Shown here piece by piece: positions 24,956 through 37,146 of a stretch of 64,000 nt of DNA. The stretch is from NCBI GenBank assembly GCA_964035575.1, contig OZ037833.1:1922001-1986000 (forward strand). Direction: 5' to 3'. Numbering within the stretch: the stretch's first letter is position 1; each line of letters opens with the position of its first letter. Position numbers and translations under genes: made by a program. This DNA is from Rhynchopus sp. YZ270_cl-10 (taxonomy: Eukaryota). The notes below the pieces were generated by a model that was not told the DNA's origin, did not search any database, and worked only from the letters and a program-made list of their open reading frames with translations.

Positions 24956-26326
24956 AAAAAAAAACGTACCACAAAAATATCCAAAAATCCCGGGCCAAGG
25001 GCCAAAAATTAGCGCAAAGCCTGACACAAATCATGGATAATTTTTTTTTTTTTTTGACACAAGAAATCTGTTCACAACTGAGCTCCGAAGTTGCTCAGCA
25101 ACAAAAATGAACAAAACCTTTACTACCTCTCCCATAACCTTCGGAACAACTCTCGTTTTCCACAAAAGCATTGAAGAAATAACAAGGGGTCGCAGCGAAG
25201 AATGTTTTATGATAGGAACCTTACCGGAGTGGGTTCAAAACGGAACTGAACGTAGGGGGTGTGAAGGGAGGGGATGGGAGGGAGGTTTTTTCCCCTTTGT
25301 TTTGGTTTTGAAACATAGTTTCCAGCCGCGCGGTCCCACACATCGGTATTTTTTTTTTCTTTGAAAACTTGGAAAAATCACGTGTCGCAACAGAATATAT
25401 CCACGCCACGCCCACCCTCCGCCCAGCTTACTTCCATTTCGCGGTCTACGTTGAGATGTCCTACTCCCGCTACCGCTCGTCAGTCAACGAAACGGGTATA
25501 ATAGGAACACAAGGGTGCAACTCCTTGTGCGAAGTAAGTGACTCGGGTTTCTTTTTTTTGCCGCACCGCCGCCCCTCCACCCCACACGGCAGGAAACTAT
25601 GTTGAATAAAAGAAAAAATCATGGAAAAAATCATGGAAAAAATAGTGTAGTCCCCATTTGCGCAAGCTCTCCCCTATTTTTTAAAATAAATAAATTTACA
25701 CAACCCTTACCTGCCCAAAAACAGAGCAAACGAGATTAACACTTGAAATACAAAGCCCTCTCATGACAGTGTACCTAAAAATGAATATGAAGAACCATCG
25801 GGTGGCCCCCCTCAGAAATTACACCTTTTACTTTTTTTTTCACATTTTTTCTGTATAAAACGAAAGCTCATATGATAGATTCCCTCCCTCTCTCTCTCAA
25901 CAAACAGATCTTTTGGAACGATACTCGGATAAATATCGGGGGTTTTTCCGACTCAATGTATTTGCCATTGTTCTATTTTGTTTTTGATAAATTATTGGGT
26001 AGTAGTGTAGTTGCCTCGGTTGTGTTGCCACAGTTGTGCAATCTCCACTTTCTTTTTTTTTTTTTTTCTCTTCTTTTACGTTTAATTCTTAGAATAGTAA
26101 AGCGTTACCTGATTCCTTTCCTTAAAAGTCATTTCACTTTCGGGGGTAAAATTGGCGTTTTAATGAAACTACCCCCATTTTTATTTGAGGGGTTTGCTTT
26201 TATCTGGTGTGCAGCTGTCACACCGACTTTTTTTTAAAAGCCGTCTTGAAATCTTATACCTTGAATGAAAAGGGTGGAAGGGGGGTAGAACCCAGGCACG
26301 ACGTTTTTTTTGGGAAAATGACTATA

Positions 26327-28282
26327 ACACCCACGTTACTAATACCCATTTACGATAATACCCACTGGGTATTATCGTAAACTTTTTGGGTATTATCGTA
26401 AAGTTTTTGGGTATTATCGTAAACTATTTGGGTATTAGTTTTGGGTATTATCGTAAACTTTTTGGGTATTACCCAGGTACCCAGGTCCGATGTGATTTAG
26501 CTGGCTACTCGCGCAAGGTATCAGAGGCGCTCGCACGCTGGTGAATGTGCAGACAAGGTATGGTTTCATCGACCCCAGAGAAAATACAATTTTCACTAAA
26601 TATATGGGGGGGGGGTTTTTTTTTACACAACTTTTTGCATCCCTGTCTTACATCCTCAAATTCAGGGTAACCATTTTTCTTGACAATTAACAATTAATCT
26701 TTCTCCAAGCGACATAACTTAATTACACCCACATTTACACTCATCACAGGATCGCGAAATCTGAACTGCATCAGCGATTGCGCTTCTCCGTCTCCGACAT
26801 TCTACACCTCAACATACGAAGACCTGGGTGGGAACATTTAGTCAGTCACTGCTATAGCCATTAACCCAGGGAGCATAGCTAGTGCAAGAAATTCGACTTT
26901 GGCAACCTTCCGGAAAGTCTGTCCTCTGCTCGCGGAGGACTAGACACAAGAAAATATTGCGTTCCCCCAGAAAACCAGTGCACAATTCACACTCCTTGTG
27001 GGTGGTCTTGTTGCCTTTTCGTCATAGTAATTTTGGCCCAGGCATGTTCTTGAAGCATGACAATTTAGTGTGTATGGGGCAGGGTGTTGTTTTGTTCTGA
27101 ATTCTCTTTGTTATAACATCTAAGTCAATCGCGGGTGGTGGTTTGTGTAGCGTGAGGCACTCTTTTTAGCAAACTTCCTGCGGCTGCTAAAGTGTTATTT
27201 CTTCGGATTTAACAACGTACAGCGTAACATAGTGGTTTCGCCTGGTCGACACAACCTTTGATAGATATGGGATAACCAACCCCCTTCGACCCCTTGTGGG
27301 TTCACTGAACAAGCCCTAGTGGTAGTTAAACGCGATTGACATTTACATTCCTAGAGATGAAAGAACAAGACAACACTTCTGTACCCGCGCATCAAAATTG
27401 TGGAAAACTTTGCACCCCAAACACCCTCAACAACGCCCGCCAAAAGGCGCCCCTTGTTGCTGGGAGTTGGTTCTCATGATACCTGCACAGCAGGCATTCC
27501 TCTGAGTCCAACGCATGTTTGGCCTGTCTGCGGCGTTGTACTTAAGGTGCACGAAGACAGGGTCTGGTGGTAAATTTTGCGTAGTACTGCGACGTGGTAC
27601 TGCGTGGGTCTGGGAATATGGGTACCTGGGTACAGGATATTGGTTGTGTAAGACATCTTCCACCATGCATTGAGGAGGGTAAGACAGTGTTCGCAGTTTC
27701 TACCTGATAGCATTACAACATTTAACTTCTCCACGGGGGTCTTGGGCCGTTCACTCGGTTCTACCTTGACTACCGGAAGATATTCTTGAGGCCTTTTTGG
27801 TCTCTAGAATATCCGGTCTTCCCGAACGGAGGCACACTTTGTGTGTTACTACGACCTGGCAATTTCCAGCAGTAGGTTAAGTAATCTTTCTTGTAAATTG
27901 TTGGATCATTATCTCCTCAGTGCATGAATGCCCCATGTGACTGGACACTTTTGTGTTTGTCATGTGGAGCTGTGGTTGCTCTTTCACGACTTTTTTCCTG
28001 TTCCTGGGTACCTGTTCCTGGACCTGGGTACCTGGGTACCTGGGTGCCTGGGTGCCTGGGTACCTGGGTACCTGGGTACCTGGGTGCCTGGGTGCCTGGG
28101 TACTACCCAACCTGGGTAATACCCAAAAAGTTTACGATAATACCCAAAAAGTTTACGATAATACCCAAAACTAATACCCAAAAAGTTTACGATAATACCC
28201 AAAAAGTTTACGATAATACCCAAAAAGTTTACGATAATACCCAGTGGGTATTATCGTAAATGGGTATTAGTAACGTGGGTGT
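26327..28282. mobile_element. ~1.96-kb TIR element with long internally repetitive TIRs
   Basis: TA|ACACCCACGTTACTAATACCC...GGGTATTAGTAACGTGGGTGT|TA. TIRs of ~150-170 bp made of GGGTATTATCGTAAACTTTTT units; 9-bp CCTGGGTRC array at ~28013-28102; interior has no intact long ORF. Confidence 0.85.
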
Positions 28283-30851
28283 TATGATAATTACCCCGTT
28301 TTTTTTTTGTTGATAAAACCTGGATACTCTTGTTGCTATGCAAACACCAATCCTTCAACACTAACATTTTTTTCTCTCTCTTCCCACACCCGAAGTACGG
28401 TATCGTGTAGATGGGAAATCACATCCATTTTTTACTGTCATTTCTTATGTTTGAAAAGAGAAGTTGAAAAGTGCAAAACTCGGACACCTGCATGCAGGCA
28501 TTAGATAGTAAAAAGATTGGTAAGATGAACCTAAGCCTCTCGTACTTAAGTCAGGACCAAAAAAAAAAAACCCCCCTTGAAGAAAAAAAAATAGGATATT
28601 TGCCAACATGCAATTTCCCACTTTTCCCGAAACAAAAAAAACATTTGGGAAAAAATAATAATAAATTGGAGCAAGGTGCTACATAGCGGGATGGAGGAGT
28701 GTGTGTGGCGGAGGGAGGGTTGAGCGAGGGGAGGCGAGAACACGCGCAAAAAGGAAGAAAAAGAGAAGGGAGAGGGGAAAACAAAAGAAACCCCACACAC
28801 CACGTCCTAGTTACCACCCATGACTAGTCATGTGATAAGGTGTATGACTAGTTACATGACAAGACCCTCCCATACCCATATGACATTTCTCATGTCTCAA
28901 AGTGTAATTACATGTGTACAAAAAAAATCAAAACAAAAGTGAAGTTGATAGCGCCAACGCCTCTGGGACGCAGGCACTGACACTCAAACAAAAAAAAATA
29001 GTGGTTGATGCAGGCACCTCACCGACTGAGCCACTTACGATGCCAGTCATCCGGATGAAAGCACAAAAAAAGAAGAAATTTTGAAAGATGAGCCCTATTG
29101 TGCACGCTTTTAAACAAATATGAGATGAACCGTTAGTCACCTTGAAAAAATGGAAGCGAGGTGGAATGAGGTTGTCTCAAACACAGTTAATGCTCAAGTG
29201 GACTGGTGCCAATAGCATAAATGTACACCTTCAGGATCTTTTTCATCCCCACCCCCTTTCTTTTGCTTTTGGAAACACCGCAGAGTTGATGCAAACGCCG
29301 TTGGACGCAGCTACCTTTTTTTTTGTTCTTGTTTGTTTGTTTTCGCTTTTTTGGGGGGTTCCGTTTTCTAAGTTTTTGTAGACATTTAAGTCCAAGAGAA
29401 AGGGTATGTTACTTTGTTTGAGATTACGACGCATCCACGATCTCAGAACTAAGAAAAGGTTTTTTTTGGCCTCAAAGAGGTTTCCTCTTCACGGCCAGGT
29501 AGTCAGTGGGAGCGTAATTGCAGTAATAAAAAATATCACCACAGAATATTGTGTGTCGACAATCGCCTAAGGACCCGCTTGGGGGGGGTTTTTTTTAAAG
29601 TTATTTATTTGTAGTTTTTGCTTTTGTTCGCAGGTTTCGGCCGCTAATTCCTCTGACCCGCTAAACAAAAATTATTTTCATCATATGCAATCAATAAATT
29701 GATAGTAACAAAAATAAATAACTTGGTGCTCCGGGAGGGGTCGATATTGACAGGTCGTTGACCGACTTCCAAAAGCACCATAAACCTCGACCAGGGCCCG
29801 ATCTTGAGAGGGCAGGCGAAAAAGGAGTTGCCCATACACCTCACAAACACAGCCGAGAGAACAGCCAACAGCCGTAAGGATGACTCCCGCAGCAGGCGTG
29901 AAACATGTACAGATGCAATAAAGGAGGAAAAAAAACCCCGGGGGAAAAAAAAATCCCTGCTTTGTAATAGCCTAATAACCTGACAAATAACGAATAATAA
30001 CCCAGACACATTGCATACCTTTTAACAATAGGAACACAAAAGACTGGGGACTCCTATCGCATATGGGGAAACACTAGGGGAAATGGGGAATGCGGGTAAA
30101 TACACAAAGGAGCCTTTTTGTGGGATGGAAAGACAGAAAGAAAGAAAGAGATGTAAAAGGGGGGGAGAAACACGAGGTTTTATTTTGTAAATACACTTCT
30201 TTCACTGATTTTATCCCTTCTTTTTTTTTGGTCAAAAAAACGGAGAGTCAGGTAGTGCCTAGTTACCACCTGGTAATCACCCAGAAAGGGATTTTTTTTT
30301 TCTTCCCGCTATCAAAACAAAATTTCTAAGGTTCAGATGGGGGGGAGAAGAAAAAATGGGCCAATGAGAATACACTACTAAGTTGTCTGGGTGTTCCTCC
30401 TGGTCCACAAAAATCCAGGAAACATCCATTATTTCATATACTATCTATTCTACTGAATAGAAGGTATAATAGGGTGCACTAAATGTACCCAAACTTTTTA
30501 CTTTATGCGGATTGTTTGTTTCTGACATATAAAAAAAAAATGTACAGGTGATAGGTCATGAAGGACGATTTCGTTTGTTGCATTGAAAGTCACCCCACCT
30601 GGGGTGCGTTCTTCTCCTCATTTATCTCCCTCTGTCTATCGCTAAGATACGACAGGTAGAGATAACACATTTTTCAAAACTCTTTTCTTTTCTTGAAAAA
30701 AAAGAAAAGAAAATTTACCATTCCTAGGGAACGGTCCTTCGAAGCCCAATAAAATGGAGTCGGTGGGCTAAAGAGGAAGTTGCCTTCTAAACATCCACAC
30801 AACAACTGAAAAAGGGGGAGGCATTCACCTTCATTGAAATAACATTACCCA

Positions 30852-31003
30852 ATTGGTGCTCCTGAAATAATAAATACCAAGTACGCAACAACTACGCACT
30901 AAGTACGCAACAAGTACGCAAGGGTATTCCTGTATTTTTTTTTTTTTTTTCGTGCACAAAGTGCGCAACAAGTACGCAAAATGGGGTTTTCAGGAGCACC
31001 AAT
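30852..31003. mobile_element. ~150-bp MITE-like element
   Basis: 16-bp inverted repeat ATTGGTGCTCCTGAAA / TTTCAGGAGCACCAAT enclosing AAGTACGCAA repeats. Confidence 0.6.
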
Positions 31004-32201
31004 ACTACATAAAACACCTCTGTTGATAACGATCAGCCACGCAACTTGGTCAGCGCAGTCATCACATTTTTTTTTGTTTTGACAATCACCCAAAAGGGGG
31101 CAGGTTGTACTCCAACCGCACACTGGAAGGTTAGGATACTTAACTTAGCATGGCAACTATTTCCCCAAAGACGGGGCTAAAAAAAGGTGAGCTGTCTTTT
31201 TTTCTTTTTCTCAAGTTGTGTGTTGTTGCTTTGGTTGGTTCGCACATCGCTGTGCGAATACTTTTAGACTGTTCTTCGGGAAGGGGGAAGGCGGAAATTT
31301 GGAAAGAAAAATGGTTCACATGAAAGCACAAATAGGAGGGCATTTATTCTTGGAAAAAAAATGGTTCATTTTGTCGCTCAAACTAAACCCCACCCTAAAA
31401 ACGGTGCCTGCATTTTATGTACACAGGCGAGAATAGGGGGATCACAAAATAAAACAAAACAAAATGGACTTAGTTTTGTTATCCTTGCTGTTGGGGCAGT
31501 ATAGCGACCGTCACACTGGGTGGGTGATGTGCCGCCCAATTCAACTATGCAAGAACAAAACAAAGAGAAAAGTTTATAAGATGATCCTAAGCCTCTCGTG
31601 CTTAGTCACCTTACCCTAAACAAAAAGAGGGAAAGTTGATAGCGCAAAACCCCCTCTGGGGCGCAGGCACTAACACTTCCATTTGTCAAACCTCATCCCG
31701 GAAAATTTTGAGGTAAGACAACCCCCCTTTTTTTTTTGTGATGACTTAGTCACATAGTGGAGCTCATCCTTGGGTTACACTAATACAACTAAGTTTTCAA
31801 AAAAAAAAAACGTTACCAAGAAAGAGATGTGATCACAGCTCTTGCCGAACCTTTTAAAAAGGCAAAGCAATTCAGCCACTTTCCCCCTCTACACAATACA
31901 AAAGCGAACAAAACATGGTGCCATAAAAAAAAGCAAAAGAGTCTTCCTATGTTCTAGGGAACACCACGCAGAAATGACATCCCTTTGCTTTGATCGGTTG
32001 TGTTGTTCGAGAGGGGGGGTTTGTGAAAAGTTGAAAATACACATAAATGGCCTGTTTGTATGTGTTCTCATGGAACCACCCTATGAGAAAGAAAGAGTTG
32101 AAAAGTGCACACAGCCGCCTCGCCAGACAACTTAGACACATGAAGAAAAGAAAGAAATTGTTTTCATATACTAACTATTCTACTGAATAGATGGTATAAT
32201 A

Positions 32202-33689
32202 TGTACCGTTTTTTCCGGGTGTCGGTGGGCTGTAATTGGGTGTAATTGGGCTGTAACTGGGCGTAATTGGGTGAAATTGGGCAAAAATGCCGTTTTTTGC
32301 CGTTTTTTGCACTTTTGACTTGCTTTTCGGTCCCCACACCCCCAATTTTTCCCACTTATGTGCTGTTTCCCTACAAATCCATATAAAATCGAAAACGGCA
32401 ATGAAAAAGATGCCTTGGTAAGTGGTCACAGGTTGCACCTGCGCGGTTCCAATGCGAGAATGGAGGACACATGTACCGTGTCCCCCAATTGACCTGCAAG
32501 AAATGGCGTAAACCCGCTGCTTTTAAACACCGGCATTTGCATTTTCGGAATCCGTCCGGCCAGTGGTGGGGTCAATTTGACGAAATGGACAAGTTTTCGT
32601 TTTTGGTCAATTTCCTCACAGTACACAGTACACAGTACACAGTACACAGTACACAGTACACAGTACACAGTACACAGTACACAGTACACAGTACACAGTA
32701 CACAGTACACAGTACACAGTACACAGTACACAGTACACAGTACACAGTACACAGTACACAGTACACAGTACACAGTACACAGTACACAGTACACAGTACA
32801 CAGTACACAGTACACAGTACACAGTACACAGTACACAGTACACAGTACACAGTACACAGTACACAGTACACAGTACACAGTACACAGTACACAGTACACA
32901 GTACACAGTACACAGTACACAGTACACAGTACACAGTACACAGTACACAGTACACAGTACACAAACCACCTGATTGTCAACTTCCGAAAACCATCACCTG
33001 TACCGATGCACAAACTCCACGGTCAAAAATAGTTTATTTTTGGAGTGAACGCCAGTGGTCTGAAGAGTGATCTGACCATATTCTCCAGGTATAACAAATG
33101 CTCAAACAATGCATTGTCGAAGGAATTTTGTACTTTTGACCACCACAGATTACATGTGTTTTTACCGGTTTTTTTATGTGATGTGTGCTGGGAAGCATGC
33201 CACCAGTGTTACCATTTTACAAGGTAAAAATGACTATGTACGTACGTATGTGAGGAAGAAGGCTGAGTGGGCGTGTAGTGCCACAAAATATATGGGAGGC
33301 ATGCAGTCCCCTGTCCGGTTACCAAAACCCGCCCGTCATAGGCGTTCCCACTTTTCGGTGCCACACCCGAAAAGCGGGTGTCATCACACCCTCTAGTTGA
33401 GTATCCCGTTTGACCCGCTCAGAGAGAGCTGGACCCCACCGTGTGAGCAAGCAAAACAGGTCACCCCCTGGTAAGCCCCCCTCAAAAACACCTGAGTTGT
33501 ACTAGTGGTGTGACTGGGTGTAATTGGTTGTAATTGGGTGTAATTGGGTGTAATTGGGCTGTAATTGGGCGTAATTGGGCAAAATTGGGCTGTACTTGGG
33601 TATAATTGGGTATAATTGGGCATAATTGACCCGAAGTGGGTCCAGATGGGCTCTGTTGGGTCCGGTTGGGTGGGTGAAAAAACGGTACA
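32202..33689. mobile_element. ~1.49-kb TIR insertion with demonstrable target-site duplication
   Basis: TIR TGTACCGTTTTTTC / GAAAAAACGGTACA with TAATA on both sides. The uninterrupted empty-site sequence is at 30433-30500. Subterminal TAATTGGGYG 10-mers. Confidence 0.85.
32617..32963. repeat. (CACAGTA)n 7-bp satellite, ~49 copies
   Basis: Perfect tandem array. Confidence 0.98.
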
Positions 33690-35019
33690 TAATAGGGTGC
33701 ATTAAATGTACCCAAACTTTTTTTTTTTAGAAAGAAAGAAGTTTTGTTGATAGAATTCTAAGCCGCTTAGCCGCCTCTAACATCAAAAGAAAAGCGAAGT
33801 TGATTAGTGCAAACGCCTCTTGGGACACGGCACTGAAAAAATAGAAAGAAAAAAAGTTTGATATAATCCCAAGCCGCCTCTAACAGCTATCAAAGTTGAC
33901 TTGAAATACAAAGCCCTCTCGTGAACAGTGTACCCTGGTATGACCTGGCATGTACCGGAGGGGGGTGGACCCCCATGCAATCCTACATCCATTTCGTGGT
34001 TTACATCTGATATCAAAACGCGAAGTTGATAGTGCAAAACGCCTCTTGGGGGAACTGAAAAAGAAAGAAAAAAAGGGGTTTTTTTATCAGATGAACCTAA
34101 ACCGCTGTGTTTAGTCATGGAAAAAAAATAAATATATGCCTCTCATACACCGCATATCTCTACAAAACAAAAGAAAAAGTTGGTAAAAGGTGGGCTCAGT
34201 GCGCGATTGCGATTGTTGGCTAAAAAAACTCCCCCTCCCCCTTCTCCCACAACCACTACACACCCCCTTTATTCATCCCTTTTTTCCAATCTAAAGCGCT
34301 ACGCTACACGAAGCCCCCCTATTTTTTTATTTCTTTTTATTCTGGCACTAATCTTCTGAATAGGGGAGGGAAGTGGGGGGGGCTTTTAAAGGTAAGTTGA
34401 GAACCCCTTTCATTGACGTTAAACACATAGTTATGGTGAATCTCCTTGGTAACCACCGTGCTGTCAAGACACATTGGCGGGTCAGGAAAATGAACCATTC
34501 CAGGAGTGCTCTGCCGTGAAGGTAAAATGGTTAAGCGTGTGACCAACGTATGGGCAGATGGTCGAATCGGATGCCTCGAAAAGCCTTATTGCAAGAAGAG
34601 GAGCAACGTCGACGAAGGTGACGCGTACAGAACCTTGCGAACAAAGCATGACGAATTGCATACCAAAAAAGGAAAAGAAAAGAAAAAAGAAAAGAAAGAA
34701 ACTTGAGAGATAATGTGTCCAATACAATTCACATAACAGACGTCCTTTAAAGCAAATCTGAAGTTTGATAAAAGAAAGATTCCAAAAAAAAAATAAACAA
34801 AATCCCACGAAGGGAGAACACAATATTCCCCCTTCATCCCCTTTCCCCTACCCGACCCGTATATAAACACCAAAAAAACATAGTCGAAAGTGTCGCCACC
34901 TGGTGGTCAAAGAGGACACAAAAAAAAAAAATCGCGATGAGTTGTTGCTTTTTGTGCGTAGATATCAAAATATTGTCAAATGACAAAAATGTGTCTTGCT
35001 TTTTGCTAACAGAACAAAA

Positions 35020-35823
35020 TTACTCTAATACTTCGGTCAAGGTGACGCGGAAGAGAAGGGTAGAGTTCTCGGGAACGCCTGGGAGGGCCTTCTCGCCGTA
35101 GCCGTGGTGTGGGGCGCAGGAGATGATCGCGGTTTCGCCAACAGCCATCTGTGTAGGGGTTTTTGTTGTAGTTTCGACAAAGTTTCGACAATCACCTCTC
35201 CGAGGACGGGTTCTGTACCAAAGTCGCCTGAAGGCTAATGAATTTCAAAGGTAAAAATGCAGTTTGTTCTGAAATCACTAGAATTTGATGCAAATCACCA
35301 CCTCCAAATACACGATCCATACCTCAGGAAGCCCTTTGTTCATCCCCTTCACGAAGCCCTTTCCAGTCTCGCATTCCTGGGGGGTGTTTATGATGATTTT
35401 TGTTATGTCTTGGAGGATGCTGTTCAGTCTAGGGTTGCCTTAATCTTCATACCTTCCCTTTACCTTCCCCAAAGCATGCGTACGGAGGGTCTGCAGTGTA
35501 GCCCTTGAAATCAATGCGGATTTTTTTCCCTTTCCCGACAGGGATAGGCGGAGCTGTGCCTGGTTCGAGAATCTGTTGTAAATTTTTTTCCGTAAAATAC
35601 TCGCTTTTGTCTTGAAATGAAGTACAAAAAAGAAGGTTTATAAGATGAACCTAAGCCTCTCTCTTTGTGCTGAGTCATATAAAATAAAGAATTGAGGGGG
35701 GGAAAGGAAGAGATATACCTTCTTGTGCCACCCTCGCTCGTTCAGCTCGCTGCGCTCAATAGGAATTTCCAGAGGAGGTTTTTCTTCCTTCGCTGCAGTC
35801 GTGGTACTGCTCCCGCAACCCAT
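35020..35823 (-). CDS. FKBP: FKBP-type PPIase-like protein with N-terminal MGCGSS acylation motif; 4 exons
   Basis: Exons 35823-35719, 35572-35453, 35376-35323 and 35148-35020 splice to MGCGSS...GWHKKILEPGT...IRIDFKGY...GKGFVKGMNKGLPEMAVGETAIISCAPHHGYGEKALPGVPENSTLLFRVTLTEVLE*. Confidence 0.88.
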
Positions 35824-36507
35824 TATATGCGAGGTTGTAACGTTTGAACACCTGGCAAAAGGAGCAAAAGAAAGGTACTGTGTGGGGGGGTAGATATACT
35901 GAAGAAGTGGGTACTGGTATATGCCGTTTGTGTGTTTTTTTGTGTGTTCTCCTTTTTTTGGTGATGCTGTTTGTTTGAATAAAATGGGCAAATAATTCTT
36001 GTTGTGAGTAAAGAAAAGCGAAAAAAAAAGGGGGGAGACGACTGTTTTTTCGTTACGCTATTATATTTTTTCGGTACAAAAAGTAGGAAAGAAAGGGCAT
36101 TTTTTTGGAAATTCGCTTGCAACACTCTGGGTGCAAGCTGAACTTCTAAGAGTCAAAAAAAGAAAAGAAAAGAAAACAGAATAAATTGAATGCTGTAGGG
36201 AATTGCATAGGCGCTCCCTCAGGTGAAGAAGATTAAAGGGAAAAAAAAAACGAAAAAGTTCTACAAGACAAAATGGATACAGTAATACAAAAATTTGAAA
36301 GATGAATGGGCCTCCGGGCTCATACATGGTTTTATTATAAACAAAGAGGGGTTAGGGTCGAGAAACATCTTGAGAAAATGCCACAAAACCCTCTCAAATG
36401 CTTTTGTTTGGTTATAGACAACATAAAGTCGCCAAAAACCCTCTCAAATGGTACACTACATTCCCCTCGGCTATTTTTCCCCTAGCAAAACCTGCAATTT
36501 ATTTTTT

Positions 36508-37114
36508 TCAGAACTTCTGCACGGTAATCTCTACTGGGGGGTACGACTGGTCGGGGAGCTTATCAAACCAGGCAGCGCCCATTGGGGTTGCTTCTATGCC
36601 AAGAATCTGTTTATTATTTTTTTGGTTTCTTTTCCCCTCCAAATTGTTTTGTTCCCTCGAAAAAAGCTCTACCACCTCAGGCGGTTTCTTTCACCCAAAT
36701 GGACTACCTTTATTAGAAATCTTCATACCTCTGGTGTCGCACCCCTCACGGACGACCGCAGAGAGGAAAGGTGGGGTAAATGCATGGGCTCCTGCGACTG
36801 CGGCTGCAGAGGGCCATTTGCACCTGCACCTGCACCCCCTCCACCTCGAGCACCTTGGTACGTCTGGTGCATGTGGTAGTGTGTCTGCTGCGACTGCGGC
36901 TGCTGCTGCTGCTGCCCCTGCCCCTGCGATTCCGGCACCTGATGCACTGGGGTGCGCTCTCTCGGTGGTGCTGGCGGTGGTGGAGGCGACCCTGGGTGCA
37001 CACCACGGCTGCCTTGGTTGCTTACCGTTGGGTACTGTGAGTGGGAGGGGGCCTGGTGGATCGGGGTTACCTGGTAGCTGACTGGGGACTGAGGAGAGGA
37101 GGGGGGGTATTGTG

Positions 37115-37146
<32 letters not shown>

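Noticed and set aside
28534..28547. AGTACGAGAGG (sarcin-ricin loop-like) in one M1 loop
   Set aside because: The loop is variable in other M1 copies and there is no flanking rRNA sequence.
32426..33070. ORFs with YCVLCTV / TVHSTQY repeats
   Set aside because: Translations of the 7-bp satellite; the same applies to the SDKRQAT ORFs at 43704-44264.
34337..34873. Possible small gene in a GC-richer patch
   Set aside because: No recognisable motif or consistent exon structure; similar unresolved patches lie at 1-830 and 29700-29920.
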